A stretch of 64,000 nucleotides of DNA from Escherichia phage PGN829.1. The stretch lies in sequence record NC_070871.1. One strand, written 5' to 3'. The notes under the pieces are model-generated. The model searched no databases, was not told where the DNA came from, and worked only from the letters and a program-made list of their open reading frames with translations. This document shows positions 1-10,010 of the stretch, piece after piece. Numbering within the stretch: position 1 is the stretch's first letter; each line of letters opens with the position of its first letter. A program made the translations under genes and the position numbers.

Positions 1-342
1 GTACAAACGGATGAACTTGTCATGCTCACTCTCTTGGTTAAGGTGGCGATTATTATATGCCTCCAGAATCAAGTCTCTTACATATGAGCGAATCTCATAA
101 GCTGGACCAACTTGTTCTGATAGCCAATCTGCCACATGGGTTGGTAAAGGACGTAATACGTTTTCCATGAACGTCCGACGTGTGTCGGCTGGTTCAATGT
201 TTAAAGAACGCAATCGCAAAGTAACCGTAGTGGGGTGAACCCCCAACGTCTTAGCGATAGTTGCGAGGGACAGCCCAACAGCATTCATACGAATGATGTC
301 TTCATCAGTTGCTTTGCGATTACTTCTGAATACTTTACTCAT
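1..342 (-). CDS. helix-turn-helix DNA-binding protein, partial (N-terminal 114 aa; gene continues beyond window start)
   Basis: Own minus-strand translation from ATG (rc of 340-342): MSKVFRSNRKATDEDIIRMNAVGLSLATIAKTLGVHPTTVTLRLRSLNIE..., open to position 1; GGAGG SD 9 nt upstream; HTH-like segment. Not in ORF track because truncated. Confidence 0.45.
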   Translation of the reverse strand, partial: MSKVFRSNRKATDEDIIRMNAVGLSLATIAKTLGVHPTTVTLRLRSLNIEPADTRRTFMENVLRPLPTHVADWLSEQVGPAYEIRSYVRDLILEAYNNRHLNQESEHDKFIRLY

Positions 343-404
343 AGTACAATTCCTCCTCAAAATTACCCTCACTTTATTACAAGTGAGGGCATTTGAACAG
401 GCTA

Positions 405-2465
405 TTACTTAACTGCTTTAACCAGCTTGGTAGCTAATTTAGCTTCTTCTTCAGTCAGACCCATTGCAGTGAATGACTTCTTAGCATGACGTTTATAGTC
501 TTGCAGAGCATGGCCTTTCTGATAGTCAGAATATGACGTATCGTTCAGGATGCTACGCAGATTATCAACGTGTTTACCAGAAGGAGCTACTTTAGAAGCA
601 GCAGCAGAACGTGTAGGTTTAACTGTCTTATCCTGCTTAACAGCTTTAGGTTTACCAATAGGCTTAGTTGTATAGGTAGCACGTACATCAGCAATCTTAG
701 CTACCACGTCACTACCTACATCAAATGCAGCCCAAGGCTTACGAGCTTTGGAACGCAGTTCTACCAGAAGGTCAGCAGCAGCTAACTTATCTTCTGGTGT
801 TGTTGCATTAAGGAACTCTTTAACCAGTTCCTGGATTTGTTCTTTCACAGTAGGAGCCTTCTTAATAACGGGTTTAAGGTCAGTAGCCTTCACTGGTTCA
901 GCAGCTACAGCTTCATTCAGTGACTCTTCCATGTCCAGTGCTTCTTTGCTAGCAACTGTACGGAATTGTTCTACAGAACCAGATGTGAGATTGGTGTATT
1001 TGAGGTTAGCACCACGATGTCCACCAACCATAATAAGTGTGGTAGGTGAACTATGGTTCCCAACGATGGCATCATTAAGTAGTTTCTTACCTACTTCAGT
1101 TTTAGACAAATAGATACCACTGTTAACGTTATTACGTTCCTCTTCCGACAGTTCAGCAATAATGTGATACGCAGATACACGCATCTTATTAGTGCTGTAC
1201 TGAGGAACAGCAAATACATCTTCTGGTGCTACTTTACCAAGGATAGTTACGTTACCACCGAAGCTACGAATATAGCTCATGGATGCTACATGCAGACCGT
1301 TAGAACAGTCCTGACGACGGTCAGGATCTACCAGGTCTTCCCGTACCTGCACTTTACAGCCTACCCACTGTTTGATGTTACCTGAGTGACAGTCAACGAA
1401 TACACGTTTACCATCTTCTTTCCCTTTATACTGAAGGCGTTTAAGGAACAGGATTGAACCATCATCAGCGATAGGCAATTCAGCAGTTTCCATGAACTTC
1501 ATCAGGTCTTCTACTGAGTGCAGACGGTCTTTAATAACCGGAGCCAGACGCTCAAGGAACTTAGTAAAGCCCTTGTAGTCTTTCAACTTGGCAGACTGAC
1601 GTAAGTGACGTTGCAGGTTCTCAACTCCGGGGATAACCCCATCGTTGGTAACAGCAACAACCACTTCATCTTCCTTCACATCAGTGTGAAAGTTAGCGTT
1701 ATCAGTACTAATAGCACCTAATGCAGCTAATTTCTCGGATGCAGCAGCCAGCTTATCCTGGTTCGTAGTTTTAGCTACTTCAATGTAAGGCAGTGGTGTT
1801 TGTTCTCGGTTGGTAAATACAAAATGTACGCCTTTGATGTTCTTGGCTTGTTTAGCAAACTCACCCATTTCATCATCGGATACTGCACGAATGGCAATAG
1901 GCCATTCCTGTCTAAGTACAGTGACAGTAAGATCAGAATTCCCCCACAATACGTCTTTAATAAAACGAATTAGTGCAGGATGGTTATGGTCTTTGTCCCA
2001 GCCAATAACCCACATCAGGTTGTCACGCTTGTCATAAAAACCATCTGTTACTGTTACTTCTGGTTCATTAGCCTGTATAGCCAGGAAGGTATCCATAGCT
2101 TTAGATACTAATGTCTTAGTAGGATTGCCCAGCTTAATATCAGAAACGATACGAGCTGGTGGAACACCTGTACCATCCTGAAAGAACTCTTTGAGTTTAG
2201 CTTTAGCGACCTTGAAGAAACGGACAAATCCATTAGTGTTCTTCTCTGCTTCCAGATACTCAGTACGTAGTGATACTTCTGGTGCAATGTTTACTTCTAT
2301 CAGGTCTTTGGTAATTCCCAAGCCTTTGGTTTGTGCTTCAGATACAATACGAGCAACCCGTGGGTCGCTCTGAGGATATACAATTGTGGAGCCATCGGGC
2401 TTCCACAGTGTAAGGTTACGACTGTCAACTGCCAGTGCGATGATAGAAATCAGTTCGATTTTCAT
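405..2465 (-). CDS. rIIB-like protein (by position; large conserved early-region protein)
   Basis: 686-aa ORF co-oriented with and 4 nt downstream of the GHKL-ATPase rIIA-like gene; order matches rIIA-rIIB pairs; no motif verified. Confidence 0.4.
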   Translation of the reverse strand: MKIELISIIALAVDSRNLTLWKPDGSTIVYPQSDPRVARIVSEAQTKGLGITKDLIEVNIAPEVSLRTEYLEAEKNTNGFVRFFKVAKAKLKEFFQDGTGVPPARIVSDIKLGNPTKTLVSKAMDTFLAIQANEPEVTVTDGFYDKRDNLMWVIGWDKDHNHPALIRFIKDVLWGNSDLTVTVLRQEWPIAIRAVSDDEMGEFAKQAKNIKGVHFVFTNREQTPLPYIEVAKTTNQDKLAAASEKLAALGAISTDNANFHTDVKEDEVVVAVTNDGVIPGVENLQRHLRQSAKLKDYKGFTKFLERLAPVIKDRLHSVEDLMKFMETAELPIADDGSILFLKRLQYKGKEDGKRVFVDCHSGNIKQWVGCKVQVREDLVDPDRRQDCSNGLHVASMSYIRSFGGNVTILGKVAPEDVFAVPQYSTNKMRVSAYHIIAELSEEERNNVNSGIYLSKTEVGKKLLNDAIVGNHSSPTTLIMVGGHRGANLKYTNLTSGSVEQFRTVASKEALDMEESLNEAVAAEPVKATDLKPVIKKAPTVKEQIQELVKEFLNATTPEDKLAAADLLVELRSKARKPWAAFDVGSDVVAKIADVRATYTTKPIGKPKAVKQDKTVKPTRSAAASKVAPSGKHVDNLRSILNDTSYSDYQKGHALQDYKRHAKKSFTAMGLTEEEAKLATKLVKAVK

Positions 2466-2469
2466 CAGA

Positions 2470-5037
2470 TTAGTTACCTTTCAGTTTATTTAGACGATTA
2501 CGGTAGAGGGACTTAAACCCAGGAATATCCTCTGGATTCTTCTTAAGGTGTTTGACCAAACTGCCCAAGTCCAGCGTCTGTAAGATGTCATTTTTATCCC
2601 AGCTATAGCTGAATAATTCTTTGTAACCATTAAGTATTTCAAAGTACTTATGGTTACGTGGATTAGTCATCACTATATATGGCTCTAGGTCATCTACTGA
2701 CTTAATGCAACCCATTTCAACAAGTTTTTCTTTGTTGTCATGTGGTCTATTCCGTAGAAAGTCGTATGCCCATTCATACTCTGGTTTAAAAATCAGATTC
2801 TGTAATGGTTTGAACGTTAGACCCAGTATGCCAAGGATTTCCCAATACTCTCTGTCATCCAGTCCTATGTATTCCAGAATACCGATGCGATGTTCAGTAA
2901 CATATTTCTTGAAGTCCTTACTGGTAATAACAGACATCAACTCATTAAAGCGAACATCATCAATGTGGATAGCACCTCGCCGTTTGGCCTTATTAGCTTC
3001 GATTTGATTGCGACAGACAACAGTATCTTCTTTCATCTCATCAGATAGCTCATACCATTTCCACATGGTTCCAATTCTGGCAGTTAATGGACTACCAGAA
3101 CCAACCTGATTAGCCAGTACATAGTACTTAGGATGCTCTACTTCAACGAAACCATACTTTTCATGACGACTTGGGTCAGCAAACTCCTTCTGAATATACG
3201 GCTTAGATTCCCAATCACCGTTTTTATTACGTACAGGAGTAGTACCAAGAACTGCATTCAATGAAATCAGAGCATTAGTTTTACCCCCTGCTTTGGTTTT
3301 ATTGGCAGCTATTGTCTTAGCCCGTTTCTCAGCAGCTATCTTAGCCTGCTCTCTGCGGTAGTTGGTTGGTTTGTCCCACTCATTATATTGAGTAAGGTCA
3401 ATCACCCGATAACCCATAGCAGTGAACTTAGCTACAGCTTCTTCTGCTGCACCCTTCTTAGGACCAACTAAGTGAACAAAAGCTGTACGCTCCAGGTCAC
3501 CTCGGTTGTATTCTGGGAAGTATGAGAAAGAGTCTGCACAATCAGATAAACGTCGGGTAACTACAACGTTCTTGGTAGTGAATATGCCAATACTCTGATG
3601 AGAGTTATGGAATATCCTAAAGTAGTCAGCGAGTTTACCCTTCTCCAAGTCAACACTGTTACCCTGGTTCACTATGTAACCAGACCACTTAATACCAGTA
3701 GCTTTTAAAGCAGCAAGCTGAGGTAAGTGTAGATGACGATATACTAATTCATGGAATGGGGAGTATGTACTTTCTTCGCGAGTATCCTTAAGAGCACGCA
3801 TAGCCTTACCATACAGCTTCTTAAGACCTGTATATTCAGGACGAGCTAATAATGCTTTATTGGATAGATTACGCCAATGCTTGATGTGATGCTTACGTTG
3901 CTTAGCCCACAAACTAGAGGACATATAACGTTGAACGATTCTGTCTGTAACAGCAAGCAGGAAAGGTGGATATTCCCAAAAGCGGGTAGAGGATTTAGAA
4001 GCATATTCCTCAACCTGCTTAATAGCTTCAGGAATCTTAGCCTTAATTTCCTTCTCCATACGGTCTACTAAATCTACACATAGAGTAGTAATACCATCGT
4101 CGGTTAACTTCTGGTTAGACAGTGTTTCTCGACTAGGAGCAATAGCTAGTGTATCTGGTGCAGCCTGAACTACTAAATTATCAGCACCAATGATATTCAT
4201 GAAGTTGAGAATAAGACCAACAGCCTCTTCACTAGCTGGGCTAGATACTATTGGGTACATTACGTTACCGTAACGAACAAATAAGTTACTGTTACCCATA
4301 TAGCCTTGATACCAGCTATCAGACATGTCATATGAACCAGGTTCAAATGACATACCTAACGTATTCAGTAAAGTGTAGTCACCCTGGTGAATACTATTAC
4401 CTTCCTCTGTTCTAACGAGTTTAGGAATACTAAGCTCAGCTTTAATCTCACCGTTAAATACAATAGATGTAATGTAATGCACAAAGGTATTTACATCATG
4501 CTTACCTAGCTGGAATTTAACTTCCAGACCAGATTCCTCAGTAGGAATATTAGTAACAATAGGAACAATACCCGGTTTACCATCGTTCTCAATTGCAGCT
4601 TTAGCTACGTTATATACCGACATCTTTCCTTGGTTCCATGAAGTAACCTGGAAGCTATCCGTATAAGCGAATGGAGATTTACATCCCAGACCAAAACCAC
4701 CAGTAACACTACTGTTGGACTTCTTAGTAGATGCACCATAGACACCATAAATGGAACCAATGAGTTCATCAGGGATGCCATTACCGAAGTCACGGAAGGT
4801 AATAAAGTTGTCAGTATCAATAGTGATACGAATAGGGGTATCAGTCTTACCTGCTTCAATATGAGCATCCCAACTGTTACAGATAGTCTCACGGACTACT
4901 GCCAGAGTAGGATTGTTATATAAGGAAGTACTTAATACGTGAAAGAATGCCGGGTCATCAGAGATGCCAAAGGCAATTGTTTCTTTGCCACCCAGTGTCG
5001 CTGAGGTAGCTACTTCATTGGTATCTGCAACTAACAT
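2470..5037 (-). CDS. rIIA-like protein with GHKL (Bergerat-fold) ATPase domain
   Basis: 855 aa; N-terminal GHKL motifs read in translation: N-box ETICNSWDAH, G1 box DFGNG, G2 box GGFGLG. Confidence 0.6.
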   Translation of the reverse strand: MLVADTNEVATSATLGGKETIAFGISDDPAFFHVLSTSLYNNPTLAVVRETICNSWDAHIEAGKTDTPIRITIDTDNFITFRDFGNGIPDELIGSIYGVYGASTKKSNSSVTGGFGLGCKSPFAYTDSFQVTSWNQGKMSVYNVAKAAIENDGKPGIVPIVTNIPTEESGLEVKFQLGKHDVNTFVHYITSIVFNGEIKAELSIPKLVRTEEGNSIHQGDYTLLNTLGMSFEPGSYDMSDSWYQGYMGNSNLFVRYGNVMYPIVSSPASEEAVGLILNFMNIIGADNLVVQAAPDTLAIAPSRETLSNQKLTDDGITTLCVDLVDRMEKEIKAKIPEAIKQVEEYASKSSTRFWEYPPFLLAVTDRIVQRYMSSSLWAKQRKHHIKHWRNLSNKALLARPEYTGLKKLYGKAMRALKDTREESTYSPFHELVYRHLHLPQLAALKATGIKWSGYIVNQGNSVDLEKGKLADYFRIFHNSHQSIGIFTTKNVVVTRRLSDCADSFSYFPEYNRGDLERTAFVHLVGPKKGAAEEAVAKFTAMGYRVIDLTQYNEWDKPTNYRREQAKIAAEKRAKTIAANKTKAGGKTNALISLNAVLGTTPVRNKNGDWESKPYIQKEFADPSRHEKYGFVEVEHPKYYVLANQVGSGSPLTARIGTMWKWYELSDEMKEDTVVCRNQIEANKAKRRGAIHIDDVRFNELMSVITSKDFKKYVTEHRIGILEYIGLDDREYWEILGILGLTFKPLQNLIFKPEYEWAYDFLRNRPHDNKEKLVEMGCIKSVDDLEPYIVMTNPRNHKYFEILNGYKELFSYSWDKNDILQTLDLGSLVKHLKKNPEDIPGFKSLYRNRLNKLKGN

Positions 5038-5080
5038 TTATTTACTCTCCAGATTAAATGTTGCTTCTTGGTTATGACTA

Positions 5081-5347
5081 TTAAGAATCTAATGCTGATT
5101 TACAGGCTTCAAAGATTACTTTACGTAATTCCCGTTCTTTTTCTGGTTCCTCGTGGGGACTGTAACCAAAAGGACTGTTTTGCATAAAACTAGTCAGAAT
5201 TAGTAAATCTTCTTCAGATAGACCATCAATAGTGATGGAGTATTGGTTTTTGCTTTTTACTGTAGCGTTAGCCATTTCGTTTCCCCGCCATTGCTTGTAG
5301 TACGAATACAGCCAGGTCTGCTGCTTGGTCATCACTAACTGGATCAT
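5081..5347 (-). CDS. hypothetical protein
   Basis: 88-aa ORF in co-oriented gene string. Confidence 0.3.
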   Translation of the reverse strand: MIQLVMTKQQTWLYSYYKQWRGNEMANATVKSKNQYSITIDGLSEEDLLILTSFMQNSPFGYSPHEEPEKERELRKVIFEACKSALDS

Positions 5348-5597
5348 TACCGTGCCCTAATTGAATGTGACCTTCATCATCCCATTCATCAAGTATACGT
5401 TGTACTTCAGACAAACCGGCTTGGATCATTTCTTTACTTGGTTCCAGCCATAACTTACGTTCCTCTGCCAGCGCAGCAATGCACATACATAGAGAAGCAA
5501 TATTTGCAGGGCAAGCAGCAATATCACCCGTAACTGCAATCTCACTAAGTGGAATAGCCTTACCGGTTTTACTATGAATTACTTCAGGATTAATCAT
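5268..5597 (-). CDS. hypothetical protein
   Basis: ORF 5268-5645 trimmed to internal ATG (MINPEV...) whose start overlaps the stop of the upstream gene (ATGA coupling). Confidence 0.35.
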   Translation of the reverse strand: MINPEVIHSKTGKAIPLSEIAVTGDIAACPANIASLCMCIAALAEERKLWLEPSKEMIQAGLSEVQRILDEWDDEGHIQLGHGNDPVSDDQAADLAVFVLQAMAGKRNG

Positions 5598-5814
5598 GAA
5601 TTTGCTCCAGGTTGTGGGCAGGAATAGGGAAACATGGATAGTCACCGGTAGGGTCCAGTGTCACTGATACATGCAGTGTATTTGTCATCTGGGTTAACAT
5701 CAGAGCAGCATTGAAATCATCCTGGGTACAGGCATACACAATGTCACCCTTCTCACCCTCACACATTACAGGTGTGTCTTTGATACGGTATTTAGCAGGC
5801 ATATGCCCTCCCAA
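5590..5814 (-). CDS. hypothetical protein
   Basis: 74-aa ORF; first gene after the terminator at 5829-5858. Confidence 0.3.
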   Translation of the reverse strand: MGGHMPAKYRIKDTPVMCEGEKGDIVYACTQDDFNAALMLTQMTNTLHVSVTLDPTGDYPCFPIPAHNLEQIHD

Positions 5815-5828
5815 AAGAGTTAATTGAA

Positions 5829-5858
5829 ACCAAAAAAAGACCTCCCGGAGGAGGTCTT
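5829..5858 (-). terminator. intrinsic terminator (minus strand)
   Basis: 9-bp stem AAGACCTCC/GGAGGTCTT with 4-nt loop, followed on minus strand by a T7 run; just downstream of the stop at 5871. Confidence 0.6.
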
Positions 5859-5870
5859 AGGTTTACTGTA

Positions 5871-6815
5871 TCATTCAGTAATAGTTTCACCGGGGATTAA
5901 CTTACGGAATTGAATAAAGTGAAGCAGATTACCTGAGTACAGATTCCCTTCTTTATCCATGGATGTAACACCTTGTTCCCATGTAACTGGGTTCATGTTA
6001 TTCACGTACTTTTCACCAAGGTTCATAGGCGTAGCCTGATGCTCAGTAGGTGAAGCATGAATTGGTTGTTTTTCTACCAACTTAGCAAACAGGTCAAGGT
6101 CATCGCTGATAGTAGATGGCTTACCTTCGAAGTTGTTATAAGAAGCACGGGCACAGCGAGCAGCAGAGACTTTAAGCAGCAAGCCTAAAATCTCTTCATT
6201 ACTTGGTTCATCACGAGTAATTCGTTGATATTTGCAATGATTGTAAGCATTAGCACAATCAACACTACGAATATAAGGCAGATGCCAGTCACCTTTCTTG
6301 AGCTTTTGCGGAACAGATTCTTCATGAGCCTTCTTCATGGCCTGAGCCAGTAAACGGATTTCCGGTTGAGCATCCTCATGGTCACGCAATCCATAGAAAT
6401 TAGCCCAACTTGTTGAAGTTACCACTACACGGATATGTGTGAATGGTTCCAGAATACGGTTAACAATTTGCTTATGTACTTGCCCACGTCGTAGCTGTTC
6501 AGCATACACAGCAGCAGCAGATGCAGCGTTATCCCAGATAAACTTAGCATCCTCAATCTCCATGGGAGTGAGTTCTTCGTCTGCTTGCATACCTTTCTGG
6601 TTCTTACCCCAGTGACTTGGCATCACTGGTTCATTACGAACTTGTTCGATGAACTTAGCTGTGGGAATAGCACGACTGCTTGAAGCATTACGGTTGAATA
6701 CTCGGTGGGTCATAAACTCACTGTGAATGAATCGGGGATAAACCAATTCAAAGGTAGTAATACGAGTTCCTGTTTCTGGGTGAACGGAATCTGCAATGAC
6801 AGTTGCCTTAATCAT
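5871..6815 (-). CDS. ThyX-like flavin-dependent thymidylate synthase family protein (divergent)
   Basis: 314 aa; segment FMTHRVFNRNASSSRA resembles the ThyX RHR-x7-S-x-R-Y signature with substitutions; sits with dCTP deaminase in a nucleotide-metabolism block. Confidence 0.45.
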   Translation of the reverse strand: MIKATVIADSVHPETGTRITTFELVYPRFIHSEFMTHRVFNRNASSSRAIPTAKFIEQVRNEPVMPSHWGKNQKGMQADEELTPMEIEDAKFIWDNAASAAAVYAEQLRRGQVHKQIVNRILEPFTHIRVVVTSTSWANFYGLRDHEDAQPEIRLLAQAMKKAHEESVPQKLKKGDWHLPYIRSVDCANAYNHCKYQRITRDEPSNEEILGLLLKVSAARCARASYNNFEGKPSTISDDLDLFAKLVEKQPIHASPTEHQATPMNLGEKYVNNMNPVTWEQGVTSMDKEGNLYSGNLLHFIQFRKLIPGETITE

Positions 6816-7258
6816 TAGAATGACCTTAGATAGTTGGTGATACCACTACGGTTTTCTGTAATCTTCTTAACCTGAACATATACCAGCTTAAACTCACTAC
6901 GGGGTAGTTCCTGTAATACTGCTATACCTTCGGTAAGGGCCACAGAGCACGCTACAGCGGTTTCTTTTTTAAAGGAGTACAAGTCTTCATACATAAGGGC
7001 TTCATACTCCCTACGAAGCATACAGAGAGCATCTCTTGCCTTATCACTTACTTCTTGTGAACCAGCAGACATAGCTAAGCTGTATATGATAAAGACTTGC
7101 TCAAAAACAAAGTCCAATAACCTATCAGGGTTGTTAGACCCCATGAATAATTTTGTTGTGTAGGAACGAGCTTTACGGTTGAGTTCATACTCATCCTCTA
7201 TGCCTTTATTATAAAGAATAGGATTTCGTTCCCTTTTCCGTAGGAATGGGATACGCAT
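6815..7258 (-). CDS. hypothetical protein
   Basis: 147-aa ORF abutting the upstream gene. Confidence 0.35.
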   Translation of the reverse strand: MRIPFLRKRERNPILYNKGIEDEYELNRKARSYTTKLFMGSNNPDRLLDFVFEQVFIIYSLAMSAGSQEVSDKARDALCMLRREYEALMYEDLYSFKKETAVACSVALTEGIAVLQELPRSEFKLVYVQVKKITENRSGITNYLRSF

Positions 7259-7656
7259 TAGTATTTACTACCTCTTCTATACCAGGGGTAATGATGAGTA
7301 GTGCTCTTTCCTTTGAATACATCCTTAGTACGTGGATTCTTTTGTATTTGAGCCAGGTAAAGTTGTGTATCATCGCCGCATGGGTTAAGCCAGAACTTAT
7401 CTATGATCCTGTCTACCTTAGATTTCAGATGAGGTTCCGGGGGAATGTAAGTATCAACAAATACCTGCCTACCTGACCATCCATGAATTAATGTTTGTTT
7501 CATCTTGGAGAGCATATTCTCCAGATTCTTTAATTCAACCTTAGAAACAGTAACATCTACTGAGTCATGAATGCCTGCGTGTGCAATTAGCCTTTCTTCC
7601 AGCTTACTAAAGTCCATATCATGTAGGACTGATTTACCTCGTCTATTTTGAAACAT
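7258..7656 (-). CDS. hypothetical protein
   Basis: 132-aa ORF in co-oriented string. Confidence 0.35.
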   Translation of the reverse strand: MFQNRRGKSVLHDMDFSKLEERLIAHAGIHDSVDVTVSKVELKNLENMLSKMKQTLIHGWSGRQVFVDTYIPPEPHLKSKVDRIIDKFWLNPCGDDTQLYLAQIQKNPRTKDVFKGKSTTHHYPWYRRGSKY

Positions 7657-7670
7657 AACAGTACCTGTAA

Positions 7671-7698
7671 ATAAAAAAGCCCACGGGTTAGGTGGGCT
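7671..7698 (-). terminator. intrinsic terminator (minus strand)
   Basis: Stem AGCCCAC/GTGGGCT with 7-nt loop, then T-run (TTTTTTAT) on minus strand; downstream of the stop at 7772. Confidence 0.5.
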
Positions 7699-7771
7699 TG
7701 GGTTAGGAGATGGATAAGCAATGAGCTGGAAGTAACTTCCAGAAGTACCCTCTTAGGGATACTTCGGTTAG

Positions 7772-8050
7772 TTACTCTGCTTTACTGCCACCATTGGTTT
7801 GAACAACAGTTACGTTTGTAACTTGGTTCTGCCCTTTGTTGGACAGTGACCAAATGAGTGCTACTACCCAGAAGACTAAAGACCAGCCTAATACAATATT
7901 GAGCACACCAATTCCCCACTTGGAGGCATGGCCTCGTGCAAAAGCAATGATAGTAGGTATGAGGTATACAGATAATATGAATAAGAAAACAAGGATTGCT
8001 GCTAAAGATTCCATGATGGTTCCTATGTGAGGTTGAGTTAGTTTCTTCAC
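7772..8050 (-). CDS. superinfection-immunity (Imm-like) small membrane protein
   Basis: 92 aa, two hydrophobic helices; motif PTIIAFARGH..KWGIGVLNIVLGWSLVFWVVALIWSL matches the recalled Imm_superinfect family pattern. Confidence 0.45.
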   Translation of the reverse strand: MKKLTQPHIGTIMESLAAILVFLFILSVYLIPTIIAFARGHASKWGIGVLNIVLGWSLVFWVVALIWSLSNKGQNQVTNVTVVQTNGGSKAE

Positions 8051-8087
8051 AAATAGCCCAACTATGCTGGGCTATTTAGGCAGCTAC

Positions 8088-8294
8088 TTACTCAGCATCT
8101 TTGCTTGCAGGAGCAAGAGCTTTCTTCAGGTAATTACGTACCGAACGATAGGTTTCTTTGGTAATTACTACATCACCACCTACGGTAGTAATAGCAGAGT
8201 TACCTGCGGTAAGTTCTTGCACTGCAATTACTTGGTTCGCATTAAGGGTCAGGCGAATACCAGTATTTTCTTGTGTTACTTGAAATACAGACAT
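8088..8294 (-). CDS. hypothetical protein
   Basis: 68-aa ORF. Confidence 0.3.
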   Translation of the reverse strand: MSVFQVTQENTGIRLTLNANQVIAVQELTAGNSAITTVGGDVVITKETYRSVRNYLKKALAPASKDAE

Positions 8295-8324
8295 GAGTTT
8301 TCCTTAATTAAGCCGGATAGCCTT

Positions 8325-8831
8325 TTATTTTGAAGGTCTAGCAGCTACTGGTTTGTTTTCCTGGTTCTGATACTTGCCATTGTAATTAGCAGGTTCCTGA
8401 ACCAGATGAAATAATACTTGAGCTATCCCAGCACCAGCCGGGATATGCAATTTCTTACGACCGTGATGGACCAGTTCGAGGGTAAGATACCCTTTCCATC
8501 CTGGTTCTATTACGGTATTGAACACTGATAATGCACGTCTTGCCCATGTAGACTTATCGTGAACGATTGCTACACAGGACGGGGACATGTTGAACTTCTC
8601 AATTGCTGAGGCCAAGGCGAACTTACCGAGATGGCGTGATACTTGATTTCCATCAACGACTTTCACCATTGGAATCAACCCAAATAAGCGATAGAAGGTA
8701 ATATCTTGTTTGATACGAATATCATAACCAGCTTCACCTAATCCATAACTTACACCATGCTCGGATACCTTACGGTCTGGGATATCCAGCAACTGAGATG
8801 AACGGTATAGAGAATTACCATTAACAACCAT
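8325..8831 (-). CDS. dcd: dCTP deaminase-like (dUTPase superfamily)
   Basis: 168 aa; C-terminal IEPGWKGYLTLEL...GAGIAQVLF matches the Dcd/dUTPase beta-clip signature. Confidence 0.55.
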   Translation of the reverse strand: MVVNGNSLYRSSQLLDIPDRKVSEHGVSYGLGEAGYDIRIKQDITFYRLFGLIPMVKVVDGNQVSRHLGKFALASAIEKFNMSPSCVAIVHDKSTWARRALSVFNTVIEPGWKGYLTLELVHHGRKKLHIPAGAGIAQVLFHLVQEPANYNGKYQNQENKPVAARPSK

Positions 8832-10006
8832 TATTTCATTCCTTTAGGGATATGAACTACCTCCCCAAAAGGTACGGTAGCATTGGGATTATTCAGAACA
8901 CACCAGATGATAGGAATATCAAATGGTAATTCTTCCATTGGACGAACATACATATCGGAGAATATGATTGCAGCGGTTGGTTTATTCTTAATAATCCACT
9001 CGCGTACTGGTTCCAGGTTTGTACCACCACGACCAGTAATCTTAATCTCTTCAAAAGTATCTTCTTCAGTGATGTCTATCTCTTCTTGAATAATATCGTC
9101 GAAGGTAATTAGGGACATCTTCTTAGGATTGAACTGGCTCTTGACGTAGGCAACCTCTGAGTTAAATCGCAGAGAATCTGCACTACTAATAGAACCAGAT
9201 ACATCCTCAAAGTAGGCTAAGTGTCGTAAGCGTCCTTCATCATCTTCCATGGAAGGTAGATAGATGTCAGTAAAACGACGGTTAGGTCTGGCCCACGTAT
9301 AATGAGTATCGTCAATGTCGGTAAAGAAGTTCATGAGGACTTCCTGCCATGGAACCACTGGTTTAAGGAATTGGGTAATAACCTCTTCCATACGACCAGC
9401 ACCCTTACCAGGCATTGTTCCACCAGCCATTTTCTGGCTCTGCATTGCTCGTACTACGTTGTTGACGACAGCACCCTGGGACTGCCCCGAAGTGGGGGAT
9501 TTCATGTCGCCAGCAAGACCTGCTCCAGCACCCCCTGACGGCTTCTGCCTTTTCTGAGGGTTCTTCATCAGGTCATCGTAGATGTCTTCTTCGACCCATC
9601 CTTTATATTGAGGGTCTTTGCAAATACCTTTATCAATGCCAGTGAACTTATAACCATCTTCTTCTAACTGAAGGTTAATGAAGTGGTCACACGCCTGGTT
9701 CCAGATTTCTGGGTCACGGCTTCCACGACGGATGCCATGCAGATATGCCACATGCCAAAGTTCATGCATTAACACTGTTTCTCTGGCATCTGGACACATC
9801 CAGATAAAGAAATCTGGATTGAAGTGAAGTTCTATCCCATCAGTACATGCAGTGGGACAATTCTCACGTTTCCATGAGAACTTAAGACTACATAGTAATG
9901 AACCAAAGAACGCAGCACTGCGTCCGAGAAATGCTTGAGCCTGAATACGGTCATACTCACGCATGAGTTGTTCATCACTAAGGGAGTGCTGAGGAAATTG
10001 GTTCAT
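8831..10006 (-). CDS. VWA-like domain protein with HExxH motif (DUF2201-type partner of MoxR ATPase)
   Basis: 391 aa; HELWH (HExxH) motif; immediately downstream of the AAA+ MoxR-like gene, the typical ATPase/VWA pair. Confidence 0.5.
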   Translation of the reverse strand: MNQFPQHSLSDEQLMREYDRIQAQAFLGRSAAFFGSLLCSLKFSWKRENCPTACTDGIELHFNPDFFIWMCPDARETVLMHELWHVAYLHGIRRGSRDPEIWNQACDHFINLQLEEDGYKFTGIDKGICKDPQYKGWVEEDIYDDLMKNPQKRQKPSGGAGAGLAGDMKSPTSGQSQGAVVNNVVRAMQSQKMAGGTMPGKGAGRMEEVITQFLKPVVPWQEVLMNFFTDIDDTHYTWARPNRRFTDIYLPSMEDDEGRLRHLAYFEDVSGSISSADSLRFNSEVAYVKSQFNPKKMSLITFDDIIQEEIDITEEDTFEEIKITGRGGTNLEPVREWIIKNKPTAAIIFSDMYVRPMEELPFDIPIIWCVLNNPNATVPFGEVVHIPKGMK

Positions 10007-10010
10007 TGTT

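Noticed and set aside
570-5037. Plus-strand and nested ORFs inside the rIIA-like and rIIB-like genes (for example 570-785, 748-1113, 2705-3007, 4605-4892)
   Set aside because: Embedded in long co-oriented ORFs; no independent translation signals.
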